NCBI GenBank assembly: GCA_965113315.1 | Contig: OZ220365.1 | DNA length: 64,000 bases | DNA from: Podarcis vaucheri | Taxonomy: Eukaryota | Reading direction: 5' to 3' (one strand) | Shown here: one piece after another, positions 28,425 to 37,474 of the stretch | Layout of the letters: each line of letters begins with the position of its first letter | How positions within the stretch are numbered: the first letter of the stretch is position 1 | Notes under the pieces: generated by a model | What the model saw: only the letters and a program-made list of their open reading frames with translations | Told to the model about the DNA's origin: nothing | Database searches by the model: none | Translations under genes and position numbers: made by a program

Positions 28425-29030
28425 GTGCCGCGGCTGCGGATCGCGGCCGTTTCCTCGCCCCGTCTCCACCCCCGCCTCGCGGTTTAGGCCTAGTAACGGC
28501 CTAGAGGTCGGCCTCCCGCCGGTGGGGCGCCACCGGACCGCGGACTCGCCGCGCTTTTCCCTGGGCCTGGGATCGCGGCCTCCCGGCTGCCGGGCCCTTC
28601 CGGGCTGCTTTTTCCCCCGACCTTGCTGGTCCGCTGGGGAGCTTCCGAGCGCCCGGCCCGGCTCCGTCGGGCGAGGCGCGGTGAGTGGCCTTGCTCCTGC
28701 TCGGCCCCAGGAGCTCGGGGTGTGGCGGAGTTTACGCGGCCGAGGATTGCCGCCGCCTCCTTGCCCCCCCACCCCTACCTGTGTTTAGGCCTAGCGTCGG
28801 CCTAGAGAGCGGTCTCCCACCGGTGGGGCTCCCGACGGGCGGCGGACGCGCCGCGCCTTTCCCCGGTTTGGGGGGTTGTGGCCTCACGGCCGCCGGGCCC
28901 TGCCGGGCTGTTTCCCCCTCCTGACCCTGCTTACCTGCGGGGAGGCTTCGGACCACGCCAGGCCCGGCTCCGTCGGTGCGGCCGCCGCGCTCGGTCCTCC
29001 GCCATTGGTGCGGCGCGCTCCTGCGTGGCC
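28425..29030 (+). repeat. Diverged tandem duplication (about 301-bp period) forming a CpG island in the YR element leader
   Basis: GTTTAGGCCTAG at 28482 and 28783, each followed by matching blocks (CGGCCTAGAG, CCGGTGGGGC, GCCGGGCCCT, GGCCCGGCTCCGTCGG). Confidence 0.8.
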
Positions 29031-29154
29031 CTAGGGGAGTGGTTGGCGCGGCGGAGCTCCCGCTAGCCCCCCTGCGGTTCTGGATCTGAGAGCAGGCCAA
29101 GGCTTCGGTGCAGCCTGCACTGTTGATTTGCCTGCTCTGGCTTCAATTGCTTCC

Positions 29155-29408
29155 TGGCCCTCTAGTGGCCGCCTGGTGTAACTGCAGGCTGCCTGCTCGT
29201 GAGCTCCCCTAGTGGCTCAGAGCAGCACTGCAGCTCTTTAGCTCATTGCTTAGAGCAAATAGAGCCACCTTCTGGCCACCTGAGTATTGCAGCCTGCTGC
29301 AATTTAACTGGTAATAGCTCTATCTAGTGGCTCGACCTGGTATTGCGCTTCATCCCACTGCGCTTAAATTGCTAGTGCCCCTGCAGGACGCAGTGAGGGG
29401 CGCACTGT
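29155..29408 (-). promoter_or_regulatory. Tandem array of 4-5 co-oriented CTCF-like sites (core plus upstream motif)
   Basis: Minus-strand reads: CTGCAGTTACACCAGGCGGCCACTAGAGGGCCA, CTGCAGTGCTGCTCTGAGCCACTAGGGGAGCTC, CTGCAATACTCAGGTGGCCAGAAGGTGGCTC, GCGCAATACCAGGTCGAGCCACTAGATAGAGCTA, and a weaker CCTGCAGGGGCACTA. These match the CTCF consensus CCAC/GYAGRKGGC with a TGCAG/A upstream module. Confidence 0.75.
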
Positions 29409-29653
29409 GTTATAATAATCATTAGAATTACTTAAATTAATTACCTTCCTTGAATTTTATTTCTGTAGTAATTTTAGTTCTTCTAGTAGTGGTTAGTCAA
29501 GGGTTCCTAAAGTGTTTTGGCTCACTAGTAGGTACTTTCCAGTGCTCCAGGGTTAAAGGCCTTTGGCCATTCTTGGTTTCCTTTATCCAAAGCTAACAGT
29601 CTGCTCGGGTTTATTGATACAGGCCTTCTTTATCCTTTGTTTAACTAGCAGGT

Positions 29654-31192
29654 ATGGCTCCAAAGAAAGCTTCAACCCGCGCTGGCACATCTGTTTCTAC
29701 AAAACGGCCTATTAAGGGGCCATCTCAAGCGCTCCGCTCTTCGGCTCCGAGACAACCAGTGGGGCGGATCCAGTCCTTGGTGGCAAGCATGGCCGGTGAT
29801 CCTGAAGCCTTGTCTCGCTTCGCAGCGGACATGGACGGTTTCCTGCAACAATGCTCCAGTCAGCCTTCCACGTCTGCACGGCCGCCTCGTCCAGTGAGGG
29901 TGTCGTCACCGGTGTCGTCTGCCTCTAGCGAGGATGGGAGAGAAGGGTTGTCAGCTGGGGGTGGCAGGGTTGATTCCCAATTAACCCAGCCTTGTTACTC
30001 ACCTGCAGTTCGCGGCCTTCCACGGAGGACAAGTCGCTCTTCCAGGAGGGCACCAGGGGGGAGGAATCCTCCGGCATCTACCAGCCGCAGGGGCAGGAGC
30101 GCCCACCCTCCCGCCGAGGTGGCGTCTGGTTCTGGCCTTTCACTCCTTGTCTCTTCTCCATCAGTCCCAGATTCAGCGCAGGATCCAGGTGCCTCTCAGC
30201 CAAATTCTGACTCGGCCTCTTCTATGGAAGATAGCTTACCAGTCCCGGCTAAGAGATCATTGGGGGGGAAGCGTCACCGCAGAAGATCTTCCCGGAAGCG
30301 TGCCAGACGTAGGAGGGCGGATTCTTCTTCATCTTATACGGGTACGTCATCTAGCTCTGACGATGAGGCTGGTAAATCAATGGAACTTTATTGGGGTTTC
30401 GGTGAGACGGCTTCTGGGCTCCCGAGGTGGGCCTGGGAACGGCGCGCCAATACGCACCGTGCTAGGTATGGTGCAGTACAAGAGTGCAGGGATGGTGTGT
30501 TGGTACCTGACACTAAGGTCTCTACCAATTCAGCCAGGGACATTATTCCTGGTTCACACTTGGCTACGAAGCTTCGGTCTAGGATATTGAATGGCCGTTA
30601 CGTAGACATTTTTAAGTTGGCCCCACCTTCGGAAGATTAAGAGAAGGGGCCTTCTTCCAAGAAGCGCCAGGGCGCTGCCACTTCAGACAGAACATTCGAA
30701 CTTTGGCTCGACTGTTTTCAAGTCTTCGCTGGTGTTGTTGTGGCAGCCTATCCTCGGAGGTCTCTTCACTTGTTTGTTTACCTATCCATTGTTCGTTCTG
30801 CTTTCACCAAAGCTGGTGAACGGGCTGCGATCAAATACGATGAAAATTTCAGGCGCCGAGCGGCCAAGATTCCCACGGCCCGTTGGGATCGTAGGGATCT
30901 CGATGTTTGGACCACCCACGTGGCCCCTTTCATTGATAAGAAAGCGCCAGAACAGCAGAAATCTAAGCCGGCAGCCTTTAGGTCTGGTCGCAGGCTTATA
31001 TGCTGGGACTTTAACAAGGGCTCCTGTCAGCGACAGGGGTGCAGATATGCCCATGTCTGTGAAAAGTGCAATGGTTCGCATGCTGCCTCCTCTTGTTTTA
31101 GTGGTCGCCGGCCCTTTCGAGGGGGCAGAGGGGGTTCTCAGCAAAGCCACAAACCAACCCCCTCCCCTGCAACTTCAGCTGCAGGGAAATGA
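29654..31192 (+). pseudogene. YR-retrotransposon ORF1 (Gag-like, about 512 codons, C-terminal Cys/His zinc finger) with one premature stop
   Basis: ORFs 29654..30640 and 30740..31192 are in the same frame, separated only by TAA at 30638-30640 (..PPSED*EKGPSSKKR..). Ser/Arg/Pro-rich N-terminus. C-terminal CWDFNKGSCQRQGCRYAHVCEKCNGSHAASSC finger, as seen in ORF1 of DIRS-order elements. Confidence 0.8.
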
Positions 31193-32798
31193 CACACTGA
31201 CCTCCTTGGCGTACACTCCTGTTCGCCTACAGCCCCTGCAGTTATGGCTGCAGTCTTACCCTAATAGGGAGGCTGCGGCCTATTTGTTCAATGGTTTTTC
31301 TGTGGGTTTTCGGATTCCTGTAGCCATGCCTCCCATGGCACAGAATCCTGCTAATCAAAAGTCAATTCGCGAGCTGCCTCAGGTCGCTCGCAAGAAGATA
31401 GCGAAGGAAGTGGCCATGCAGTGCATGGCTGGCCCCTTTGATAGACCTCCCTTTCATAATTTGCATGTATCCCCATTGGGTATCGTGCCTAAAAAGGCCC
31501 CTGGTGAATTTCGTTTAATTCATAATTTGTCACATCCCACAGGCACGTCAGTCAATGACGTTATTCCTCCAGAGCTATGCTCCGTAAGGTATGCTTCTCT
31601 TGATCAAGCGATCAAGATGATTAGGAAGTTCGGCCATGCAGCATTATTGGCGAAACGCGATATTGAATCAGCCTTTCGCCTTTTGCCAATTCACCCAGAG
31701 GACTTTTGGCTGCTTGGCTTTCAGTTTGAGGGCAGCTATTACTTTGACAAGGCCATGCCTATGGGATGTTCCGTGGCATGTGCCGCCTTTGAGGCATTTA
31801 GTACCTTTTTGGAGTGGGCCCTAAAATTTAAAACAGGTTTGGGCGGAGTCACTCGTTATTTGGATGATTTTTTATTGGCCTCGGCGAGCGATTCTGGCGA
31901 GTGCGCAATGTTGCTGCAGGCCTTTGCTGACATTACGCAGGAACTGGGAGTTCCGCTTGCAGCCGACAAGACGGAGGGTCCTTCCACCCAGCTCACTTAC
32001 TTGGGTATCCTATTGGATACTGTGGCTCAAACTTCCAGCTTGCCAGAGGACAAGTTGGTTGCTTTGAGGAGGATCATTGAGGACCTACTTCCTCTGAAAA
32101 AGGTGTCTCTCAGGCAGCTCCAGTCACTTTTGGGACACCTGAATTTCGCCTGTAGAGTGGTGGCCCCCGGGCGCCCCTTCTGTTCACGCTTGGCGCGCCT
32201 CACTGTAGGGTTGAAGGCTCCGCATCATCGGGTTCGCCTCTCTAGTGAGGTGCGAGCGGATCTTCGGATCTGGCTTGAATTCCTGAAGGAATTCAATGGG
32301 GTGTCCTTATGGCAGGACACTTTGAACCTGCATAATGACTTCCAGGTGCATTCCGATGCGGCAGGCTCCTTGGGTTTCGGCCTATATTGGAAGGGTCGAT
32401 GGTGCGCTCAGCGTTGGCCGGCTGAGTGGCAGGGAAGTGAGATTACGCGGGATCTAACTTTTCTCGAGTTTTTTCCAATTGCAGTGGCAGTACATTTGTG
32501 GGTCGAGGAGTTCAGGAACCGCCGTGTCTGCTTCTGGACCGATAACCAGGCGGTGGTGAATGTGTTGGCCAAGCTTTCATCTCGCTCGCCCAGGGTGTCT
32601 GCCCTTTTGCGAGCATTTGTGCTGCATTGCTTACGTTGTAATATAGTTTTTTCTGCACGTTTTATTCCCGGGGTGTCAAATGAAATTGCTGATGCTCTGT
32701 CCCGTTTTCAGATGGAGCGGTTCAGACTTCTGGTTCCAGAGGCGCGGATACGTCCGGAATATTTCCCGGATCATCTCTGGAACCTTGGCAGCAATTAG
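30732..32798 (+). CDS. Reverse transcriptase-RNase H of DIRS/Ngaro-type retrotransposon (real start probably about 31100-31190; overlaps ORF1 in another frame)
   Basis: Uninterrupted frame. RT motifs SPLGIVPKK, FRLIHNLS, KRDIESAFRLLPIHP, MPMGC and YLDDFL. RNase H motifs SDAAGSLGFG, LEFFPI, TDNQAVV and NEIADALSR. Confidence 0.93.
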   Translation: MLLWQPILGGLFTCLFTYPLFVLLSPKLVNGLRSNTMKISGAERPRFPRPVGIVGISMFGPPTWPLSLIRKRQNSRNLSRQPLGLVAGLYAGTLTRAPVSDRGADMPMSVKSAMVRMLPPLVLVVAGPFEGAEGVLSKATNQPPPLQLQLQGNDTLTSLAYTPVRLQPLQLWLQSYPNREAAAYLFNGFSVGFRIPVAMPPMAQNPANQKSIRELPQVARKKIAKEVAMQCMAGPFDRPPFHNLHVSPLGIVPKKAPGEFRLIHNLSHPTGTSVNDVIPPELCSVRYASLDQAIKMIRKFGHAALLAKRDIESAFRLLPIHPEDFWLLGFQFEGSYYFDKAMPMGCSVACAAFEAFSTFLEWALKFKTGLGGVTRYLDDFLLASASDSGECAMLLQAFADITQELGVPLAADKTEGPSTQLTYLGILLDTVAQTSSLPEDKLVALRRIIEDLLPLKKVSLRQLQSLLGHLNFACRVVAPGRPFCSRLARLTVGLKAPHHRVRLSSEVRADLRIWLEFLKEFNGVSLWQDTLNLHNDFQVHSDAAGSLGFGLYWKGRWCAQRWPAEWQGSEITRDLTFLEFFPIAVAVHLWVEEFRNRRVCFWTDNQAVVNVLAKLSSRSPRVSALLRAFVLHCLRCNIVFSARFIPGVSNEIADALSRFQMERFRLLVPEARIRPEYFPDHLWNLGSN

Positions 32799-33682
32799 TC
32801 CTTCAGGGAGTAGCGGCATCGGTTTCCCCTTCTACCTTGAGATCTTATAGTAAAGCATGGGCCGATTTTCAGGCATTTGTACAACAGTCAGCTAGGTTAC
32901 TAGTTGGGGTCCCCCCCACCTCTTCGCAGGTGCTACAATATTTAGCCCATTTATTTCAGCTAGGGCGTGCGGGTAGGACACTTAGGATGCAGGCAGCTGC
33001 TATATCATTTTTCTGTAAGACACATTTTGATACCGATCCTTGTGCAAAATTTGTTGTTTGCAGAGCCCTAGAGGGTTGGGGCCGTCTATGTCCTTCTCAG
33101 CCGACAAACCGACGCCCCATCTCGTTTGAATTATTGAGCAAGATGCGCAAAAGTCTGAGGGTGGTGTGTTGGTCTACCTATGAGGCTCGCCTTTTCGCGG
33201 CTGCCTTTTCAATCGCCTTCTTTGGAGCTTTGAGAGTAGGTGAATTGGTAGTGGAAGACCACCGGGATGGTCGTTCCAGGGGCCTTCTGCTCCAGGATGT
33301 GCAATTATCCCCTGCTGAACTGAGAATTACGATTCGGTATTCAAAGACGGATCAGAGGGGCAAGGGCGCTCTCATTTGTCTTCCTGCCACTGGGGCGGCA
33401 GGCCCTTGCCCAGTAAAGGATGTTAATAAGTATCTAGCGGTGCGAGCGCACGGGGATGGGCCGCTGCTTCGGCACGAGAATGGGTCACCCCTTACAAGGC
33501 ACCAGTTCGCAGGGGTGATGCGTAAAGCTATCCTGGCCTGTGGTGGCGTGGCCACAGATTTTGCCCCCCATTCCTTCAGGATAGGGGCTGCCACGACTGC
33601 AGCTCATTGGGGTTTGTCAGCTGCTAGAATTCAGGATTTGGGGCGTTGGAGGTCAAATGCGTTCAAGGGATATGTTCGTTAA
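32714..33682 (+). CDS. Tyrosine recombinase (phage-integrase family) of the retrotransposon
   Basis: Catalytic motifs FGALRVGEL (R), SKTDQ (K), HSFRIGAAT (H-x-x-R), GRW and KGYVR (Y). The frame is open from 32693 and overlaps the RT C-terminus. There is no ATG before the domain (the ORF track starts at TTG 32837). The start given is the first full codon after the putative acceptor at 32711. Confidence 0.92.
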   Translation, partial: GAVQTSGSRGADTSGIFPGSSLEPWQQLVLQGVAASVSPSTLRSYSKAWADFQAFVQQSARLLVGVPPTSSQVLQYLAHLFQLGRAGRTLRMQAAAISFFCKTHFDTDPCAKFVVCRALEGWGRLCPSQPTNRRPISFELLSKMRKSLRVVCWSTYEARLFAAAFSIAFFGALRVGELVVEDHRDGRSRGLLLQDVQLSPAELRITIRYSKTDQRGKGALICLPATGAAGPCPVKDVNKYLAVRAHGDGPLLRHENGSPLTRHQFAGVMRKAILACGGVATDFAPHSFRIGAATTAAHWGLSAARIQDLGRWRSNAFKGYVR

Positions 33683-33725
33683 CAATTTTAGTGTCTGATA
33701 CTGTTTTGGTTTATTTATCCCAGGT

Positions 33726-34298
33726 CTGCCAGCCGTACGCGTCTGGATGGTGGGCCACAGCATCATCCATTGGGCTGGTGTCGCAGCACGGCAGTCCGGA
33801 TTGGGTCCAGGTCTCGGCCTTCCTTCACACGTTCGGGTGTCCTGGCTGTCCAGATGAGGAATGCGGTGGTCGGAGTTTTTGCCACGAATTCGAAGGCAGT
33901 TGCTCTTGGAAGGGCCGCCAGAGGCTATTGTGGTGCAGCTGGGAGAGAATGACCTGGTTGCCATGGACTGCTTATCATTACGTGCTGCAATTTTGGCTGA
34001 CCTGGAGACGCTGCGGGCAATGGTGCCCACAGCCAAGTTATTTTGGTCTAAGCTTTTGCAACGACGCGTTTGGTTGGGAAGTCGTTGCCCGGTTGCCACA
34101 GAAAGGGCCAGGAAACGCATCAATGCAGCAGTTTCCAAAAGGATTGTGGAACTGGGTGGAGAGGTGATCTTTCACCATGAAATCTCCTATCCTGCGGCAG
34201 CTCTCTTTAGGGCCGATGGAGTGCACCTTTCTGCTTCTGGGAATGAGGTTTGGCTAGGTGCGGTGGTGGCCAAGCTGAGGTCTTGGCTGGGGTTGTGA
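33726..34298 (+). pseudogene. SGNH/GDSL hydrolase (esterase) ORF of the retrotransposon, with one premature TGA
   Basis: Block I VWMVGHS (33741-33761), block II RxGMRW, block III QLGENDL and block V DGVHLS. In-frame TGA at 33855-33857, probably CGA>TGA CpG decay. The downstream part is ORF 33861..34298. Confidence 0.85.
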
Positions 34299-34648
34299 GT
34301 GGTTTGGCGGTGAGCTGAGGGCTCTATGGCGGTTAGGTGCTGGTTAAATTGGTGCTTGGAGGGGTAAGTGCCTACCCCTCCAAATGAGGCGAATGGGAAT
34401 TCCGTTAAAGGAAATCCAGGGGCTTGCCATTCTTTTGTCCTTGTCCCCGGAGTCGGACTTGGGCCGTGCAAGCCCCACAGGAACATGAGGGTGAGAAGTA
34501 ATGGTCTGTTTCCCGGCTTTATTTCTCACCCAATACTTGTTTCCCACGCTGGCTTCCGCTGGTGTCCGGAAGGCCAGCCCTGTCCCTGAGGGCAAGGACA
34601 GATAGTCATAACCAGTGCCTAAGCAACCACTCACATTTTTTGTATTTG

Positions 34649-34654
34649 AATAAA
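34649..34654 (+). terminator. Polyadenylation signal of the YR element
   Basis: AATAAA about 95 bp from the inferred 3' end, followed by a GT-rich tract (TGATGTGTGAAGTGTG). Confidence 0.6.
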
Positions 34655-36612
34655 GTTGTGGCCAAAATTATGCCAAAAACCTTAAACAAAAATTGATGTG
34701 TGAAGTGTGAATTATTGGGGGGCTACTGTGACTCAACACGCAACCTAAGAAATGTGTTTTGTTTTTAGCTGGCTGCTTTCAGAATTTAACAGTAGCAGAG
34801 AGTGAATTTTGCTGTAATAATTGTATAAAGATTTGCTTCCCTTTATATAAAAAAATCCAAATTGATAAAATGGTTTGCCAACTCCATGTCCTCTTTATAA
34901 TTAAAACCAAATCATTAACTCAGTTGGGCATCACTGCTCATGTGTGAAGGAACACTCTGGAACACACAGGGATATTGCAAACCTAATTGTTTTTGACACT
35001 GACAATATTATTAAAGGTCCCCTTTGGATTGTCAGGTAATGTTACAGTCATTTGAGTTCTACACATTTAAGTACCTGATGAAAAAGTAAGATTCGTCATT
35101 TACCATAAAAGGAGCAGAGCTTCTTCTTCTTTTTCGTAGGCCCAAAATTCAGAGCGCAAAGAGTATTTAAAAACACACTTGCATTTGCTGGCCTTTGAGA
35201 AAAATTCAAATGCTTTGAAGCTTCCAGATTCACTCTTTGGTTCAAAACCTTTGGGAAGTGTGCCTGAATATTTTCAACAACATTTCTGCTCGGGTTAATG
35301 CAGGAATCATTGCAGCCATGTTTTAAATGGCTATATTTGCTGGATAATTACCATTCATTTGGCAATAAGCTAGATTCAGCCTGCTTCATAGAGTGCTGCA
35401 GTTTTATTTAATAATTTAAGCCACATTTCTGTTTGTTCAGTACCAGCTCAAAATACTTTGTAATGCTGGCAGTTCTTTGCCTGTTTATAATTTATTTATC
35501 CCATTATTCTTGGATTGCAGACCTAATCGTTCCACTAGGTTTGTTCTTTTGAAATAACTAGCAATACATTTATGTTTATGGATGATATACGTAGGCTATA
35601 TTTATCATGCCGCTTCTGATTTGACATGCTGCTTGGGCTATCAAAGATTATCTGAGGAACTTGATGCACCGTACTGAAGGTGTTAAGATAGGTTTAAGGT
35701 GCTATTTTAAGGAAATATAAATTGCTTGGGAAGAGCCATTCATTCTTCTTTAACTTGAGGTAGATTTGTGAAGCCATTTGATGACCTGACTGTGAGTTCC
35801 TTTCCTTCTGCATTTTCCTATGTGCTGTAGGGTTGCACAATTTCATTTAGGAACTTGGTAGCTGTGCTGCGACATGGGAAGGAGGGGAAAGATCCCTCAC
35901 TCACTTCATGCAGATCCTTCGAAGGCCTAGTCCTGAAATGCATACCATTTGAATGGCAATGTCCATCAACTGTGGGGGGCCCTAGCCCCTAAAATATTTT
36001 ATTGGGGGGCTGAAAGGACCTTAGCCCCTAGGAGTTGGCTCCTATGGTGCACTGCTTAGGGTGACCTGCTTACACATCACCAAAACAGAACACCAGAAAA
36101 AGAGACTGCAGATTTTCAATTTAGATGAATAGGTGCCAATTTAGAAATGATGGATTGTATCCAACTATGTTTTCTTCAGAGTAGACCCACAGGACATGAA
36201 CAGACCCAAATTAGTTATGTCCACTAATTTCAGTGGGTCTGTTCTGAATATGACTAATGCTGGATACAACCTAGTTACAGCACCATAATTTTAACAGAAA
36301 TGCAAGACATCTGCAGCTACAAAAGCTGAGGCTGCTGAACAAAATATTGGACAGGGGTCTGCCAAGGGGCATTATTGCTGTTAATTTTTTTGGATCTTAC
36401 AATTTATGTGGAAATTGTTCTATTTGGTTGGGTACTTTTTGAAATTCTGTTTATTGTTTATGACTACTTTTGTTACGTTTCTAGTCGTGTATTTTTTTTA
36501 AGTTGTAAGCTGCATTGGACATTATTTTAACTTTAGAAAGACAGTATACAAATAAAATGACTGATTGACTGATTGATTGGTCTCACCATAGTGGGAAAGG
36601 CTATGACCGAGT

Positions 36613-37474
36613 TGTGGACCACAGGTATGAAGTTTACGGCATGTAATGCCTTGAGAGAGACTATTATGAAAATGATTTACAGGTGGTACATGACCCCAGT
36701 CAAGCTTGCAAAAATCTATCATTTGCCCGATAATAAATGTTGGAAATGTAAAGAAACTGAAGGTACATTCTTTCACCTTTGGTGGACGTGCCCAAGGATT
36801 AAGGCTTTCTGGGAAATGATATATAATGAACTGAAAAAGGTATTTAAATATACCTTCTTGAAGAAACCAGAGGCCTTCCTCCTGGGCATAGTCGGCCAAT
36901 TGGTGCTAAAGAAGGATAGAACTTTTTTTATGTACGCTACAACAGCAGCAAGAATACTCATTGCAAAGTATTAGAAGACACAAGATTTACCCACTCTGGA
37001 AGAATGGCAGATGAAGCTGATGGACTATATGGAACTGGCAGAAATGACTGGCAGAATCCGAGACCAGGGAGAAGAGTCGGTGGAAGAAGATTGGAAGAAA
37101 TTTAAAGACTACCTACAGAAATATTGTAAAATTAATGAATGTTAGAATGATGTTGGATAGAAATTAAGTGGTTTCCAGCTGTAATGTTTTAAGGGAATAT
37201 GAAAAATGGGTTGTTAATAGAGAAAAATCTAATGTTACTATTTTAAGACCAAAGATTAGGATAAACAAAGAGGGTAAGGATTTGCTGAGCCAACAAATTG
37301 AACTGGAATACAAAAAAGGGAGGTATGAGGAGGTCCGGGAAACAAGCTAAGGAAAATAAGTAATAGAAAAATGGAGTGGTTTTTAATCATTTTTGTTTTG
37401 TTTTGTTTTTTGTTTTTCATTTTGTATTGTAATATCTTTAAAAAATCTTAATAAATATCTTATATATATATAAA
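36613..37474 (+). mobile_element. 5'-truncated L1-clade LINE
   Basis: ORF2 C-terminus [18 protein letters not shown] with a premature TAG at 36972. AATAAA and A-rich tail. 17-bp TSD AAAGGCTATGACCGAGT at 36596-36612 and 37475-37491. Confidence 0.9.

Larger units (their letters stand above)
27937..34744 (+). mobile_element. Tyrosine-recombinase retrotransposon (DIRS order, Ngaro-like gene content with SGNH hydrolase), near full length
   Basis: Ordered ORFs gag-like, RT-RNase H, YR and SGNH. TATATATA at 28064 and AATAAA at 34649. Imperfect inverted termini GTTGCGGTTGGGAACAG at 27937 and CTGTGACTCAACACGCAAC ending at 34744. Boundaries are inferred from these termini and from a second element (56545-62206) sharing the same terminal motifs. 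Confidence 0.9.

Noticed and set aside
28260-29100. Many overlapping Pro/Arg/Gly-rich ORFs on both strands
   Set aside because: These are a by-product of high GC content and use alternative start codons. No ATG-initiated leader ORF was seen on the + strand.
34300-34650. Hammerhead or HDV ribozyme in the structured 3' UTR
   Set aside because: No CUGANGA..GAAA core or clear HDV double pseudoknot was seen by eye. It is reported only as generic structure.
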